From an uncultured Nitrospiraceae bacterium (GTDB lineage: Bacteria > Nitrospirota > Nitrospiria > Nitrospirales > Nitrospiraceae), in assembly GCA_963706325.1 (NCBI GenBank), contig CAVPLT010000001.1:64001-128000 (forward strand): a DNA stretch of 64,000 nt, written 5' to 3'. Positions 1-9,840 of the stretch are shown here, piece after piece. Numbering within the stretch: the first letter of the stretch is position 1; each line of letters begins with the position of its first letter. The notes under the pieces are model-generated. The model was not told the origin of the DNA and ran no database searches. It saw only the letters and a list, made by a program, of their open reading frames with translations. A program made the position numbers and the translations under genes.

Positions 1-3000
1 CCGCTTGCCGACGTTATCCGGCAGGCTGGCGTCGACAATGACGTCGGCCCGCCATGCGTTCTTCTGCGACACATCGGCACCGGTGACAGGATCACGATAC
101 TGCGATCCTCTCGGCCCGACGACGATGGCGCCGTACAATCCGTTGCGCGGATTGACGACGATGTTGCCGCCATCCCACACCAGCGACGTCGTTTCCTTAT
201 TGGAAGGATGCGCGTAGTAGGTGTAGGTGCGGCTCTCGCCTGGCGCCACGGTCTGGTCGCCGGGATTGTTGCCGACGTTCAAGCCCTGGCTGTCTTTCGG
301 ATCGAAGGCCAGACCCGGCGCAAAGAACGATGCGCGGCTCGCCTTCATCTTGTTCTTCAGCTGGACCTTGAGACAGTCGCCCAAGTTGGCGCGCAGCGTG
401 AGCGGATTCGGCATCACGTTGCTCGCTACCGTCGCGGCTTCTTCTTCCAGCGCGAAGATCTTGCCTTCCGGCATGGTCATTTCGATCTTCCGCTCGAAAT
501 CCACCTCGATCACATCCGGCGCCTTCGGATTGAGCTTCATCGGGCGATCCAACGCCACCACGTTAAAGCTCTTTACCGGAGCATCGGACGGACAGACCGA
601 ATTGGGAGTTGCAGGAATCCCCATGGGATTGGTTCCCTTGGGCAACGGCTTCAGATCCGCCACTTCCTTATCCAGCACGCGAACGATGCCCCATCCTCCT
701 TCGGCGAAGTGTGATGTTCGACCGTTGAAGTGGATGTAGTCGCCCGGCATGCCTTGGAATCCACCCGCCTTGGAGACGAGGTCATACCGTTCGGCGATCC
801 CGACGTGAATCGAGTTCTTCCGATTGGCATCGCCCGCATACCGTTCCGTGAGGAAGGTATGACCGGAGATCGTCCAGACGTGTGATTCGTTCATCAACTG
901 ATGCAGCAGACGGAACACCATGGTGTCGCCCGTGTACGCGCGCAAGAGCGGCGTGCCCGGATCACCGTGGATCGCGCTGCTGAACAGCTTCGACGTATCC
1001 GGATTGTTCGACAAGCGTTGTGCAAACGGGGCCGCGCGGAAATTGAAACCGCTGCCGGTCGTATGCGTCCCGCCGTTGAGGTACTTGTTCGGCGCGTTCA
1101 GGATCTTTTCAGGCATCTGGAACGACACCGTCTTCCCCGCTTCCAACGCCACTTCGATCGGCTGCCCCGGAGGATTGCCGGCCTCGATGACATTGACGGT
1201 GTGCGGCACCGTGTCGTGGATGGAGACCATCAACTCACGGAAGCTGCCGCTGACGCCGGCGCCGATCGGCTCATTGCTGTGAATGTCCGCGATCGGCCCG
1301 CTATACACGAGCTTGCCGTTCTTCGGATCATGATAGGTGGATCCGAACGGCTCCACGATCGTCACGCCGAACCCGCCATGGGGCCAGGTCGTCGCGCCGA
1401 ACGCGTGGTCATGCCAGAATACTGTCCCCATATCCACGTCGACCCACCACCGGTACCGCACGAACTCCGGCGATACGAGGTCGCTTGCCGGGTGATTCTG
1501 CTTCAGTGGCTTGAAGAACGTGACCAGATCGCCCTTGATCTCCTTAATGCGGGCGACTTCCTGGCAGCTCTTATCGCGCGGCAGTGAGGCCGTCGCGTCG
1601 TGCCCCTTCTCCAAACAATCCATGCCGACCATCACTTCAGTATTGACATGGAACGGCGAGGCGCCCGGAGCCATCACAATCTTCATGGCTGAGGTTCCTG
1701 CCTTCACGCCCTCTTTCAGCTTTCCGACCATCGGCGCCGGCAATCCATGCTTGGTTTTCTTTCCCCACATGGTGAACGGCCGGACCGACATTTCATACTC
1801 GAACCCGGAGATCACTCCATCCGAATTCCCAGTATCAAACTGGAAGAAGTGGGGATGGATGTTGATCTTGGACGACTGGAAATTCGTGTAATCGTCGTCG
1901 TCCCATTCACTGGTCAGCAACACATCGACGCAGTCATACACGTTGGCGCGGATGACGGCGGGAAGCTTCAAATCGTCATTGGCTCTGGTCAATTGTTCTT
2001 CTTCGTGAAGCACATAGATCAGACCGTCCTTGTCCACCATGGCCGGCTCTTTGCCCTGCTTCTTGGCCAGGGTAATCGGCATGCGGACAAAGTGAATGTT
2101 GTAATGCTTCCGGTTGGCATTGTCAGGGCAGAGACTCCATCGACCCTGTTCGCCCGGCAACGCCGGCTCGGAGGTCCGCTCACCATTTGCATCCTGGTGA
2201 ATCGGCTCTAACCATGGGGCGCCGCTGTGATTGGCTGAGAAGGGCACACGTTTGCCGAAGTGCGGCTTGAACAGCGGCCAGGCCATTTTGCCCGTCGTCG
2301 GGTCAAACAGAATGGCCGGTCTGGTGCTGTCATCCCACTTCGCCGCCCAAGTATACTTTGGATTCTGCGCGGTGCTTTCCCGCTCGCCACGAGCAATGTT
2401 GCCGTCCCACTTCCAGTCCCACACGGTCGAATCGTAGGACAGGATCTGGCCCTTCTCATCGTTTGTGTGACCGGGCTGGCCCTGTGCCGGCACAAACATC
2501 TCGACCCAGTCCTTGATGCTCACGATCACCGGATCAGATTTCCAGTTGGTCTTCTGTCCCTTGTCGACGATCTTGAACGTCTTGCCGAACCAGTCGACCG
2601 TAGTGCCGATCAACTTATCGGACGAGACACCCAGCTTCATCCGGCCCTTCCGGTCCGGCAATTCCGCCAAGTCCGGCATGGTGTCGGTGTGAGCCGCGCC
2701 GACTTGCAACGTGTTGTAGAAGCGGCCGTATCCCCACATGCCCGCGACGTAGTGGTGCGCCACGTGGCAGTGATATAGAAACTCACCCGCCAAATGTTGG
2801 CAGCCACCGCCGCCACATTCAGGTTCCAGGTCAAGCGCTTCCGACGGACCGATCACTTCGACGTCGACGCGATCGGACTTGGTCCGCACGACCGGATACT
2901 TGACCGGCCCATCTTGACCCATGGCCCAGAGGTTATTCGTCTCCGTGCCTGGGCTTCGTTGCCAACGAATGGTGCCGCTGTGCGGATGGTGGGAGTGAAA

Positions 3001-4350
3001 CACTTCCGATCCGCCATGGACCAATCGCCACTTGACCGGATCGCCCAAATACCCGCGGGCAATCGTGGTCGGCGTATCGCCGAACGTATAGGCGCTATAG
3101 GCCATCGATTCGTCTTCGAAGCCGAAATACTCGTGCTGCAGATGCATCTGATCGATCCCGAACGGCTCGCTGCGATAGTTGATCGCACGGCCACCCGGAC
3201 GATAGGCATCGGTCAACGGATCGCGCTGCGGCAAGAAGTCGCCCTTCTTGTTCAGCGGACGGAAGGCTTCATCGCCTATTTCGTGATAGAACAACACGAA
3301 TTCGCGGAAGTCCGGTCCGGACCCATTATCGATATTCACCTGCCACCCACTCGTGACATCTTTGTCGGGACCAGTCCCTAACGAACCGACGTACTTCGAT
3401 CCCCTCGGCTCCACGATAAAGGCGCCGAACAGACCCAGCACGGTCAACTCGCGGTCATGGCTGTACGAATGGAACTGGCGCACCCCCTCCTGCATGTGCG
3501 GATGGATGTACCATTCGAACTCCTGCTCTTTACCCGGCGCCACGATGGACTCGGGGTTCGTGGTGGTCGCCGGCTTGCCGGTCGCACTCACGATCATGCT
3601 GGAGGCCTGGATGAACAAGCTGCCATCCTCGCCCTCCATCTGGTTGCGAAGGGTCATCTTCACACAATCACCCTGGTTGGCACGCATGACCAGCGGCTGA
3701 ATCATGTCACCCTGCAACCCGGTCGTCACGGCGCCGGGATCGAACCCGTCTTTGTCACGGGCCGTCTTGTTCTTTTCTTCTTCGGCCCGCACCTTGCTGA
3801 GATCCGGCGTCAGCACATACATGTACCCCGGATAGAAGTCGAGCCAGCGATTCAACGTGATTTCGATATTGATCATCGACACGTCATACTGCTTGACCGG
3901 CGCATTGGCAGGGCATTTCCCACCCGAACTCATGACCGGCTCGCCCTTTGACGCATCGCTCGCCAAAAGGAAGCTGCTTCCATCCTGCCCCATGTACTGG
4001 TGCATCATGGACATTTCATTAAATGCGCCGGATGTCTGTTGCGCCTGCGCATCCTTCTGCGCCTGCCGTTCCAGCTTTTCCATCAAACGATGGTGCTGCA
4101 TCTCCATCTTTTCCGCGTTTCCCGCGCGGCCCTCGATGGCGTTTTCCAGCACCGTCTGTCCCTTCAAGGTTTGGGTCCACCCTGGCATCGCAACAGGCGC
4201 GGCATGCCCATCATGCGACTGATCGCCTGGTCCCGCCGCAAACACCCACGGCGCTGCGAGCAAGCTGCCCGACAGCATCGCCGCCTGCAGGCTACGCATC
4301 GCATCACGACGCAGACGCTGGCGTTGTGACACCTGTCCTGAAGACCTCAT
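1..4350 (-). CDS. Large multicopper oxidase, MnxG/manganese-oxidase-like; C-terminus lies beyond the left edge
   Basis: Hand translation from ATG at 4350 (RBS GAAGGAGGGAGG): MRSSGQVSQRQRLRRDAMRSLQAAMLSGSLLAAPWVFA. Copper motifs VFHSHHPH (~2985-3010), EFLYHCHVAHHYVAGMWG (~2730-2790), INIHPHFFQ (~1840-1865) and FWHDH (~1405-1420). Probably missing from the ORF track because its stop is outside the window; I did not check every codon for continuity. Confidence 0.88.
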   Translation of the reverse strand, partial: MRSSGQVSQRQRLRRDAMRSLQAAMLSGSLLAAPWVFAAGPGDQSHDGHAAPVAMPGWTQTLKGQTVLENAIEGRAGNAEKMEMQHHRLMEKLERQAQKDAQAQQTSGAFNEMSMMHQYMGQDGSSFLLASDASKGEPVMSSGGKCPANAPVKQYDVSMINIEITLNRWLDFYPGYMYVLTPDLSKVRAEEEKNKTARDKDGFDPGAVTTGLQGDMIQPLVMRANQGDCVKMTLRNQMEGEDGSLFIQASSMIVSATGKPATTTNPESIVAPGKEQEFEWYIHPHMQEGVRQFHSYSHDRELTVLGLFGAFIVEPRGSKYVGSLGTGPDKDVTSGWQVNIDNGSGPDFREFVLFYHEIGDEAFRPLNKKGDFLPQRDPLTDAYRPGGRAINYRSEPFGIDQMHLQHEYFGFEDESMAYSAYTFGDTPTTIARGYLGDPVKWRLVHGGSEVFHSHHPHSGTIRWQRSPGTETNNLWAMGQDGPVKYPVVRTKSDRVDVEVIGPSEALDLEPECGGGGCQHLAGEFLYHCHVAHHYVAGMWGYGRFYNTLQVGAAHTDTMPDLAELPDRKGRMKLGVSSDKLIGTTVDWFGKTFKIVDKGQKTNWKSDPVIVSIKDWVEMFVPAQGQPGHTNDEKGQILSYDSTVWDWKWDGNIARGERESTAQNPKYTWAAKWDDSTRPAILFDPTTGKMAWPLFKPHFGKRVPFSANHSGAPWLEPIHQDANGERTSEPALPGEQGRWSLCPDNANRKHYNIHFVRMPITLAKKQGKEPAMVDKDGLIYVLHEEEQLTRANDDLKLPAVIRANVYDCVDVLLTSEWDDDDYTNFQSSKINIHPHFFQFDTGNSDGVISGFEYEMSVRPFTMWGKKTKHGLPAPMVGKLKEGVKAGTSAMKIVMAPGASPFHVNTEVMVGMDCLEKGHDATASLPRDKSCQEVARIKEIKGDLVTFFKPLKQNHPASDLVSPEFVRYRWWVDVDMGTVFWHDHAFGATTWPHGGFGVTIVEPFGSTYHDPKNGKLVYSGPIADIHSNEPIGAGVSGSFRELMVSIHDTVPHTVNVIEAGNPPGQPIEVALEAGKTVSFQMPEKILNAPNKYLNGGTHTTGSGFNFRAAPFAQRLSNNPDTSKLFSSAIHGDPGTPLLRAYTGDTMVFRLLHQLMNESHVWTISGHTFLTERYAGDANRKNSIHVGIAERYDLVSKAGGFQGMPGDYIHFNGRTSHFAEGGWGIVRVLDKEVADLKPLPKGTNPMGIPATPNSVCPSDAPVKSFNVVALDRPMKLNPKAPDVIEVDFERKIEMTMPEGKIFALEEEAATVASNVMPNPLTLRANLGDCLKVQLKNKMKASRASFFAPGLAFDPKDSQGLNVGNNPGDQTVAPGESRTYTYYAHPSNKETTSLVWDGGNIVVNPRNGLYGAIVVGPRGSQYRDPVTGADVSQKNAWRADVIVDASLPDNVGKR

Positions 4351-4483
4351 AGTTCGGCCTCCCTCCTTCATAAAATCCCCGCGCCCTTTCGCGGGAGTGG
4401 TTAAAAAGCGTGGTCGTGTAACCGGCCCCCTAGGCTTGACCCCGGCTGCTCCGGCCTCTCCTGTCCCCTTCCACGAAACGCTC

Positions 4484-4578
4484 CAAAAGGAAAAAGGGCT
4501 GGTGAAGGGTGTCCTCAAGGGACGAGGGAGCAGGTCATTCGGAGGCCGGTCCTAATCACCCGCACCTTCACCAGCGCC
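4484..4578 (-). ncRNA. Candidate structured leader RNA or sRNA (three-way junction followed by a U-rich tract) at the 5' end of the MCO transcript
   Basis: 11-bp closing stem GCUGGUGAAGG/CCUUCACCAGC encloses stem GCGGGU/ACCUGC and hairpin GUCC-CUUGA-GGAC, followed by CCUUUUUCCUUUU. It begins about 12 nt downstream of a sigma54 -12 element. Confidence 0.5.
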
Positions 4579-4588
4579 TTCCTGAATG

Positions 4589-4604
4589 GCAATAGGTGTG
4601 CCCA
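4589..4604 (-). promoter_or_regulatory. sigma54 (-24/-12) promoter for the multicopper oxidase
   Basis: Minus strand TGGGCACACCTATTGC fits GG-N10-GC. IHF-like TCTCAATCAGTTG at 4645-4657 and TGTC..GACA dyads at ~4738-4815 lie upstream. Confidence 0.72.
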
Positions 4605-4901
4605 GCTTATGGAAGCCAGCAATCGGAGCATTCATTCATGTTGTCAACTGATTGAGAGCATCAATGAAAAGTCAGAGAGGGGAAGGAGAGGCTGCGGAAT
4701 TCCACGCAAGTAGACAGCGATCCAACGCGCTCAAACTATGTCGTTTAAGGACACGTACTTACGCTGTCCAATCGGGTAGACAGTACGCACGCATGTCTGC
4801 GGCAAGAAGGGACAGCGAATAAAAGGAACAACCTAGTGATTCTGAGGACGGCAGCGAAACTGAGGATGAGGAGAGTTGGAAGAGAGCGGTTTGATTCGGG
4901 A

Positions 4902-6335
4902 TTACTGTATACCGAAGTCGCGCAGCTTGTTATACAGAGTGGCGCGGCTGATCTTGAGCAGACGGGCCGCCTTCACCCGATTCCCTGACACCTGCTGGAG
5001 CGCCTCGACGATACGAGCCTGCTCAGCCTGCCGAGTGGCGCCACGCGCCACCGTCCGAAGGTCGACACCCTCGGTGGCGGATTCCGACACCACGAGGTCC
5101 GTACAGGTGAGTTCCGCATGGGGGGCCGTCACGACCGCTCGCTCGATGTAATGCTGAAGCTGGCGCACGTTTCCGGGCCAAGGTGCGGCGGTCAACGCCA
5201 GCATCGCCTCATCACTCACCTGTCGAAGGTTTTGGCAGTGTCGCTCACAGGCAGCGGCGATAAACTGTGAGGCCAACAAAGGAATATCCCCTCTTCGTTC
5301 ACGCAGGGGGGGCAATGAAATCGGCAGGACGGCCAAGCGGTAGTAGAGGTCCTGGCGAAAGGCTTTCGTCTTCACGAGGTCGGTCAAATCCTTGTTGGTG
5401 GCGGAAATGACGCGGACATCAATCTTGATGGGCTGCGTGCCGCCGACCCGTTTAATCTCCCCTTCTTGCAGCACCCGCAAAAGCTTGGCCTGAAACGCCG
5501 GAGAGGTATCGGCGATCTCATCCAGGAAAACGGTGCCCCCGTCCGCTTCTTCGAAGAGTCCGGGCTTCGCCATCGAGGCGCCGGTAAAGGCCCCTTTGAC
5601 ATGGCCGAACAATTCGCTTTCCAGCAAGGTTTCAGGCAGCGCTCCGCAATCCACCACGACAAACGGTTTCTCACGGCGATAGCTGGTCTGATGAATCGTT
5701 CGGGCGACCAGTTCCTTTCCTGTCCCGCTCTCTCCTTGAATCAGCACGGTCGCCGGACTGTCGGCCACCAACCGAATCATCTCGAATAGCTGATGCATGA
5801 CCGGGCTCGCACCGATGAGATCCCCTAATCGAGAGTCGGTTCGCTCTGGGCGCAAGTGGCCACGCTTCTTCGGCGGCGATGTCTCGGCAATGCCCGGCTT
5901 CTCAGATGGTTTATGAAACAGGACCAGAACCGACCCGACGTCACCCGAAGCTGACAAGAGGGGGAACGCCTGGTGCATTCCGCAGGCAGTACCATCCCCC
6001 GAAGTGGCACAGGAGACTGTCCTCACCTCCTGCGTCTCAAAGACGGTCGTCGCAGGGCACGTCCCGCAGGGGTCGGTCATGTTGAGAAAGGCTTCATAAC
6101 ACTTCGCGGGCTTCGATGCCGCAGGTTGCCCATTCGCGCCTTCCCAAGCGGAATCATTGGCGTAGACCACATTCTGGGCTCGATCCATGACGGCGACACG
6201 GTCAGTCAACCCGTTGGCCAGCTGCTTCAGAGCCTCCAGACGAGCCGCTAGAATGGGGTCAGTGAAGGGGTATATTGGCGGTAGCGGTGAGTGAGATCCG
6301 GCCATCTCATCACTCCTGATATCTATGGGACTCAA
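4902..6335 (-). CDS. sigma54-dependent enhancer-binding protein with Cys-rich PAS-like N-terminus, AAA+ domain and Fis-type HTH
   Basis: GESGTGKE Walker A, intact GAFTGA, FLDEI Walker [10 protein letters not shown]-terminal [13 protein letters not shown]-terminal C-x10-C-x2-C and C-x8-C-x2-H. Exact start uncertain. Confidence 0.92.
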   Translation of the reverse strand: MSPIDIRSDEMAGSHSPLPPIYPFTDPILAARLEALKQLANGLTDRVAVMDRAQNVVYANDSAWEGANGQPAASKPAKCYEAFLNMTDPCGTCPATTVFETQEVRTVSCATSGDGTACGMHQAFPLLSASGDVGSVLVLFHKPSEKPGIAETSPPKKRGHLRPERTDSRLGDLIGASPVMHQLFEMIRLVADSPATVLIQGESGTGKELVARTIHQTSYRREKPFVVVDCGALPETLLESELFGHVKGAFTGASMAKPGLFEEADGGTVFLDEIADTSPAFQAKLLRVLQEGEIKRVGGTQPIKIDVRVISATNKDLTDLVKTKAFRQDLYYRLAVLPISLPPLRERRGDIPLLASQFIAAACERHCQNLRQVSDEAMLALTAAPWPGNVRQLQHYIERAVVTAPHAELTCTDLVVSESATEGVDLRTVARGATRQAEQARIVEALQQVSGNRVKAARLLKISRATLYNKLRDFGIQ

Positions 6336-6437
6336 GAGGGCATTCCTACGACGCCCCTATTTGTACTCTGCGCATTGACTGAAAACAACCCTCTCCAGCA
6401 GGGGACTGGCCCTGACTCACCCGGACCACACGGGCAT

Positions 6438-6866
6438 TCAGCGCATGAGCGAGGCGCCCGGTGCTCCGGGCCGCTTCAGCAACTGCTTCACCGTCGCCTT
6501 CAGTTCCGAGAGGCGAACCGGTTTGTCGAAATACGCGGTCGCCCCACTCTTCATTGCTTCGTTTTTGGTCTGCGCATCGCCGAACGCCGTCATCACGATA
6601 ATCGGACAGGTTGGCGCGGAGATCCTCAGTCGGTGCACATATTCAAAGCCACCGGCCGGCATCTTTAAATCAGTGACGATGAGGTCAGGCGCCGCACGCA
6701 TAACCGCAGCCAACCCTTCTTCGCCGTTGCTGGCTTCCCGCAATTGATACCCCTCGCCCCACAACTCGTCACAGAGTAAACTCCGCATGTCTTTGTCGTC
6801 TTCTACGACCAACAACACGGCCGGGTCCCTCTTCTCTGCAATCACGCTGGCTCCTCCACGAAACAT
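6438..6866 (-). CDS. Single-domain response regulator (receiver only)
   Basis: VVEDD, LIVTDLKMP, MTAFG and FDKP motifs. Alternative GTG start at 6845 after GGAGGAG. Confidence 0.9.
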   Translation of the reverse strand: MFRGGASVIAEKRDPAVLLVVEDDKDMRSLLCDELWGEGYQLREASNGEEGLAAVMRAAPDLIVTDLKMPAGGFEYVHRLRISAPTCPIIVMTAFGDAQTKNEAMKSGATAYFDKPVRLSELKATVKQLLKRPGAPGASLMR

Positions 6867-6891
6867 ATCCCCTGGTTGACTCCCCTACCAC

Positions 6892-6906
6892 GCAAGGCAT
6901 GTGCCA
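6892..6906 (-). promoter_or_regulatory. sigma54 (-24/-12) promoter for the single-domain response regulator
   Basis: Minus strand TGGCACATGCCTTGC matches the TGGCAC-N5-TTGC consensus; AT-rich tract at ~6936-6957. Confidence 0.85.
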
Positions 6907-7101
6907 TTCACACTCGTGTGGGCGCCGATCAACCCTCTGTATTTATTTGGAAAACGAGATTGGGGATCAAGAAAATCGAAGGCTTTGAATGACCCTCTGG
7001 CGAGAAAGACCCCAGGTTAGAAAAATCCCTGTCCCGAACCGCTACAGCAGTAAATGACCAGCATACAGCCGGGTGATCGCGGAACAGGATACGCGATTGG
7101 A

Positions 7102-9804
7102 CTAGTGAGGATTGGCCGGTGAAGGCGCATGGATCGGCAGCCGAATAGTGAGCATCGTGCCTTTCCCCGGTTCGCTTTCGACATGAATCGTGCCGTTGTG
7201 CTCTTCAATGATGCCCTTCACCACCGTGAGCCCTAAGCCGGTTCCCTTGCCGAACTCCTTGGTCGTAAAGAAGGGATCGAAGATCTTTGCGAGTACCTCC
7301 CGCGGCATCCCATGACCGTTGTCCGACGCGATGAGCGTGACCATCTCCTGGTCGGAAACCACCGCCAGCCTGAGAGTCCCCCCGTCTGGCATCGCATGAA
7401 TGGCATTCATCACCAGATTGATGAGAACTTGGCTCATCTGATCGGCATCGGCATGCACGAGTGGACAGCCCTCGACAAATGACGTGTCGACGGTAATGCC
7501 GTTATGAGCCAACCGCTCTTGAAAGATTTCCAGGTTATCTTCAATCGCCTGCCGGAGATTCATTGCGCGGTGTTCTACCGGACGTCGACGGGCGAAGGCC
7601 AACAGCTGATTCATCACTCTCGTGATCCGCTCCACTTGACTGACGATAGTTTGAAGACCTCTTCTGACCGGCTCTTCTTTCGTCCGCTCCATGAGATACT
7701 CGGCCCGGCCCAAAATAACGTTCATGGGCGTGCCGATTTCATGCGCCATTCCGGACGCGACGGTTGCCAACTCCGCCACCCGTTCGGTACGCCGCAGTTG
7801 TTCCTGCAAACGCTTCCGCTCGGTGACGTCCCGCGCCACCACGAGAATCGCGTCGCCCTCTTGATCGCGATAGCGGGCTGCGGTGACTTCCACATCGACG
7901 GTGACGCCATCGAGCTTGACAAAGGTTTGCTCAAACAGAGGAATCTGCTCCTGTCCTTCCGCGATCCGACCGATGCGCTGTTGAACCGACGCGCGGTCGT
8001 CCGGCCGGATGAAATCAGGCAGCGAACGTCCCAAGACCTGGCTCTCGTGAGCCGCGCCGAGCAACCGTAGCCCCTCGCCGTTACTGAACATGACGCGATC
8101 GCCGCGCATGACGAAAATGCCATCGGGCGAAACCTGCACCAGCCGACGATAGCGCTCCTCACTTTGCCGCATTGCCGCTTCGGCCTGTCTTCGTTCCGTG
8201 ATATCCCGGATGATCGCGGCCACGCCGGTGGGTTTTCCGTCATCTCCCTTGACCATGGACACCGTCAGGGCAACTGGAACTCGAGAGCCATCCATCCGAA
8301 TGAGTTCTTTTTCAAACTCGGCCGGTTCACCCGTCTCAATGACCCGTGCGATCGCCGCCGCTTGCGGTGCGCGGTATTCGACCGGAGTCAGCTCTCCATG
8401 GTGCATACGAAGCAGTGCATCCTGCGAATACCCCGTCAACTTGGCAAAGGCTTGATTCGCCAATACAAACGTACCGTCCAGCGAGGCATATCCGATCGCA
8501 TCTTTGGAGGATTCCACGATGTCTTCGAAGAGCCCCTGCACGGTTCGCAAGGACGCCTCCGCCTGTTTCCGTGCCGTGATGTCTCGCGTCACGCCGAGCA
8601 CCGCGGTGATGATTCCATCTGCGCCTCGCAAGGGTACGGCATGCGTTTCCAGCCAGCGATGAGCGCCTTTAAGTCCCAGGATTTCGAACTCCAGCAGACC
8701 CTGTTTTCCGTGGCCTGCCTGGGCAATCAGCTCGAGGAAGGCGCCGCGGAACTGCGGGAGCACCAGCTGACACAGGTCCTTTCCGACAATTTCCCGGCTG
8801 CCCTCGGCCTCGATCATCGCCAAGCCGGCCGCATTCATGGTCTGAACGGCCCCGTCGAGATTCATCACTTTCACACACTCCGGTTCGGTCTCGATGATGG
8901 TTCTGAGGAGCCCTTCCCGCTCAGCCAATTCCTTCTCCAGCCGCTCTCGTTCCGTAATGTCACGCAGGATTACGGTGAAGTACCGGCTGCCCTCCACGCC
9001 CACCTGAGAAATGGAGGCTTCAATCGAAAACTCTTCTCCGCCTGCCCGAACCCCCGTAATTTTTCCCAGGGCGCCCATTCTACGGTTGCTGACACCTGAC
9101 TGACCGAACCGCCTGATATGCTCGTGATGCATGCTGTGGAATCGCTCGGGAATGAGACGATCGAGGGGTTGCCCCATCATCTCCTCGACGCTCCATTCGA
9201 ACATGCGTTCCGCAGCCTGATTGAACAGCACGATGTGCTGATGTTCGTCGATACTGATGATGGCGTCCATGGCGGACTGGAGGATCCCTTCCATCCGCGA
9301 CTTGTCCTCGCCCCTTTGTTCTTCCGCTCGGCGTCGCCCCGCGACTGCGCCCAACACCGCCGCTTCGGCGTAGGCTCGCGCTTCTACGGCGGCAGCCTTT
9401 GCCGACTCGGCTTGGGTTTGCTGCGCTTGGGCGTCGCTGAGCGCCTGCGTCATCTGCCTGCGACTCTCCTCGGCCCGTGCTCGAGCCACCTGGCGACTCA
9501 TCAACACGAGTGCGAAGGCCCACATGGTCCCAACGCCCAACAGGCGGTTGATCATGGCAGACAAGGATGACGCGCCTGGAGTGGACGCAAGGATACCGAT
9601 GCCGAGCAGGAGGGTGACCAAGCCGGCGGCATACAGCGGAGCGCGTGGCCGAGAGGAATTCAATGTGAGAGTCAGGGGAATGGCATACAACACCCACACG
9701 TCGACGCTGTCCGGCGTCAAGAAATCCAACACGAAGATTCCGACGATCAGGACGACGGTGAGACCGTATTCAGCGAGGAAAGGTTTGTTGATCGGAAGCT
9801 GCAA
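7102..9804 (-). CDS. Membrane-bound multi-PAS sensor histidine kinase
   Basis: N-terminal TM helices, Ala-rich coiled coil, four PAS/PAC repeats ending RDITER/RDVTER-like, H-box AHEIGTP, NLVMNAIHAM, DNGHG, GKGTGLGL. Confidence 0.93.
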   Translation of the reverse strand: MQLPINKPFLAEYGLTVVLIVGIFVLDFLTPDSVDVWVLYAIPLTLTLNSSRPRAPLYAAGLVTLLLGIGILASTPGASSLSAMINRLLGVGTMWAFALVLMSRQVARARAEESRRQMTQALSDAQAQQTQAESAKAAAVEARAYAEAAVLGAVAGRRRAEEQRGEDKSRMEGILQSAMDAIISIDEHQHIVLFNQAAERMFEWSVEEMMGQPLDRLIPERFHSMHHEHIRRFGQSGVSNRRMGALGKITGVRAGGEEFSIEASISQVGVEGSRYFTVILRDITERERLEKELAEREGLLRTIIETEPECVKVMNLDGAVQTMNAAGLAMIEAEGSREIVGKDLCQLVLPQFRGAFLELIAQAGHGKQGLLEFEILGLKGAHRWLETHAVPLRGADGIITAVLGVTRDITARKQAEASLRTVQGLFEDIVESSKDAIGYASLDGTFVLANQAFAKLTGYSQDALLRMHHGELTPVEYRAPQAAAIARVIETGEPAEFEKELIRMDGSRVPVALTVSMVKGDDGKPTGVAAIIRDITERRQAEAAMRQSEERYRRLVQVSPDGIFVMRGDRVMFSNGEGLRLLGAAHESQVLGRSLPDFIRPDDRASVQQRIGRIAEGQEQIPLFEQTFVKLDGVTVDVEVTAARYRDQEGDAILVVARDVTERKRLQEQLRRTERVAELATVASGMAHEIGTPMNVILGRAEYLMERTKEEPVRRGLQTIVSQVERITRVMNQLLAFARRRPVEHRAMNLRQAIEDNLEIFQERLAHNGITVDTSFVEGCPLVHADADQMSQVLINLVMNAIHAMPDGGTLRLAVVSDQEMVTLIASDNGHGMPREVLAKIFDPFFTTKEFGKGTGLGLTVVKGIIEEHNGTIHVESEPGKGTMLTIRLPIHAPSPANPH

Positions 9805-9840
9805 TCCAATACCTCCCAGCGCGATGGCGACACAACAGCA

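Noticed and set aside
5..4352. Many plus-strand ORFs of 100-230 aa
   Set aside because: Antisense shadows of the minus-strand multicopper oxidase; no motifs of their own.
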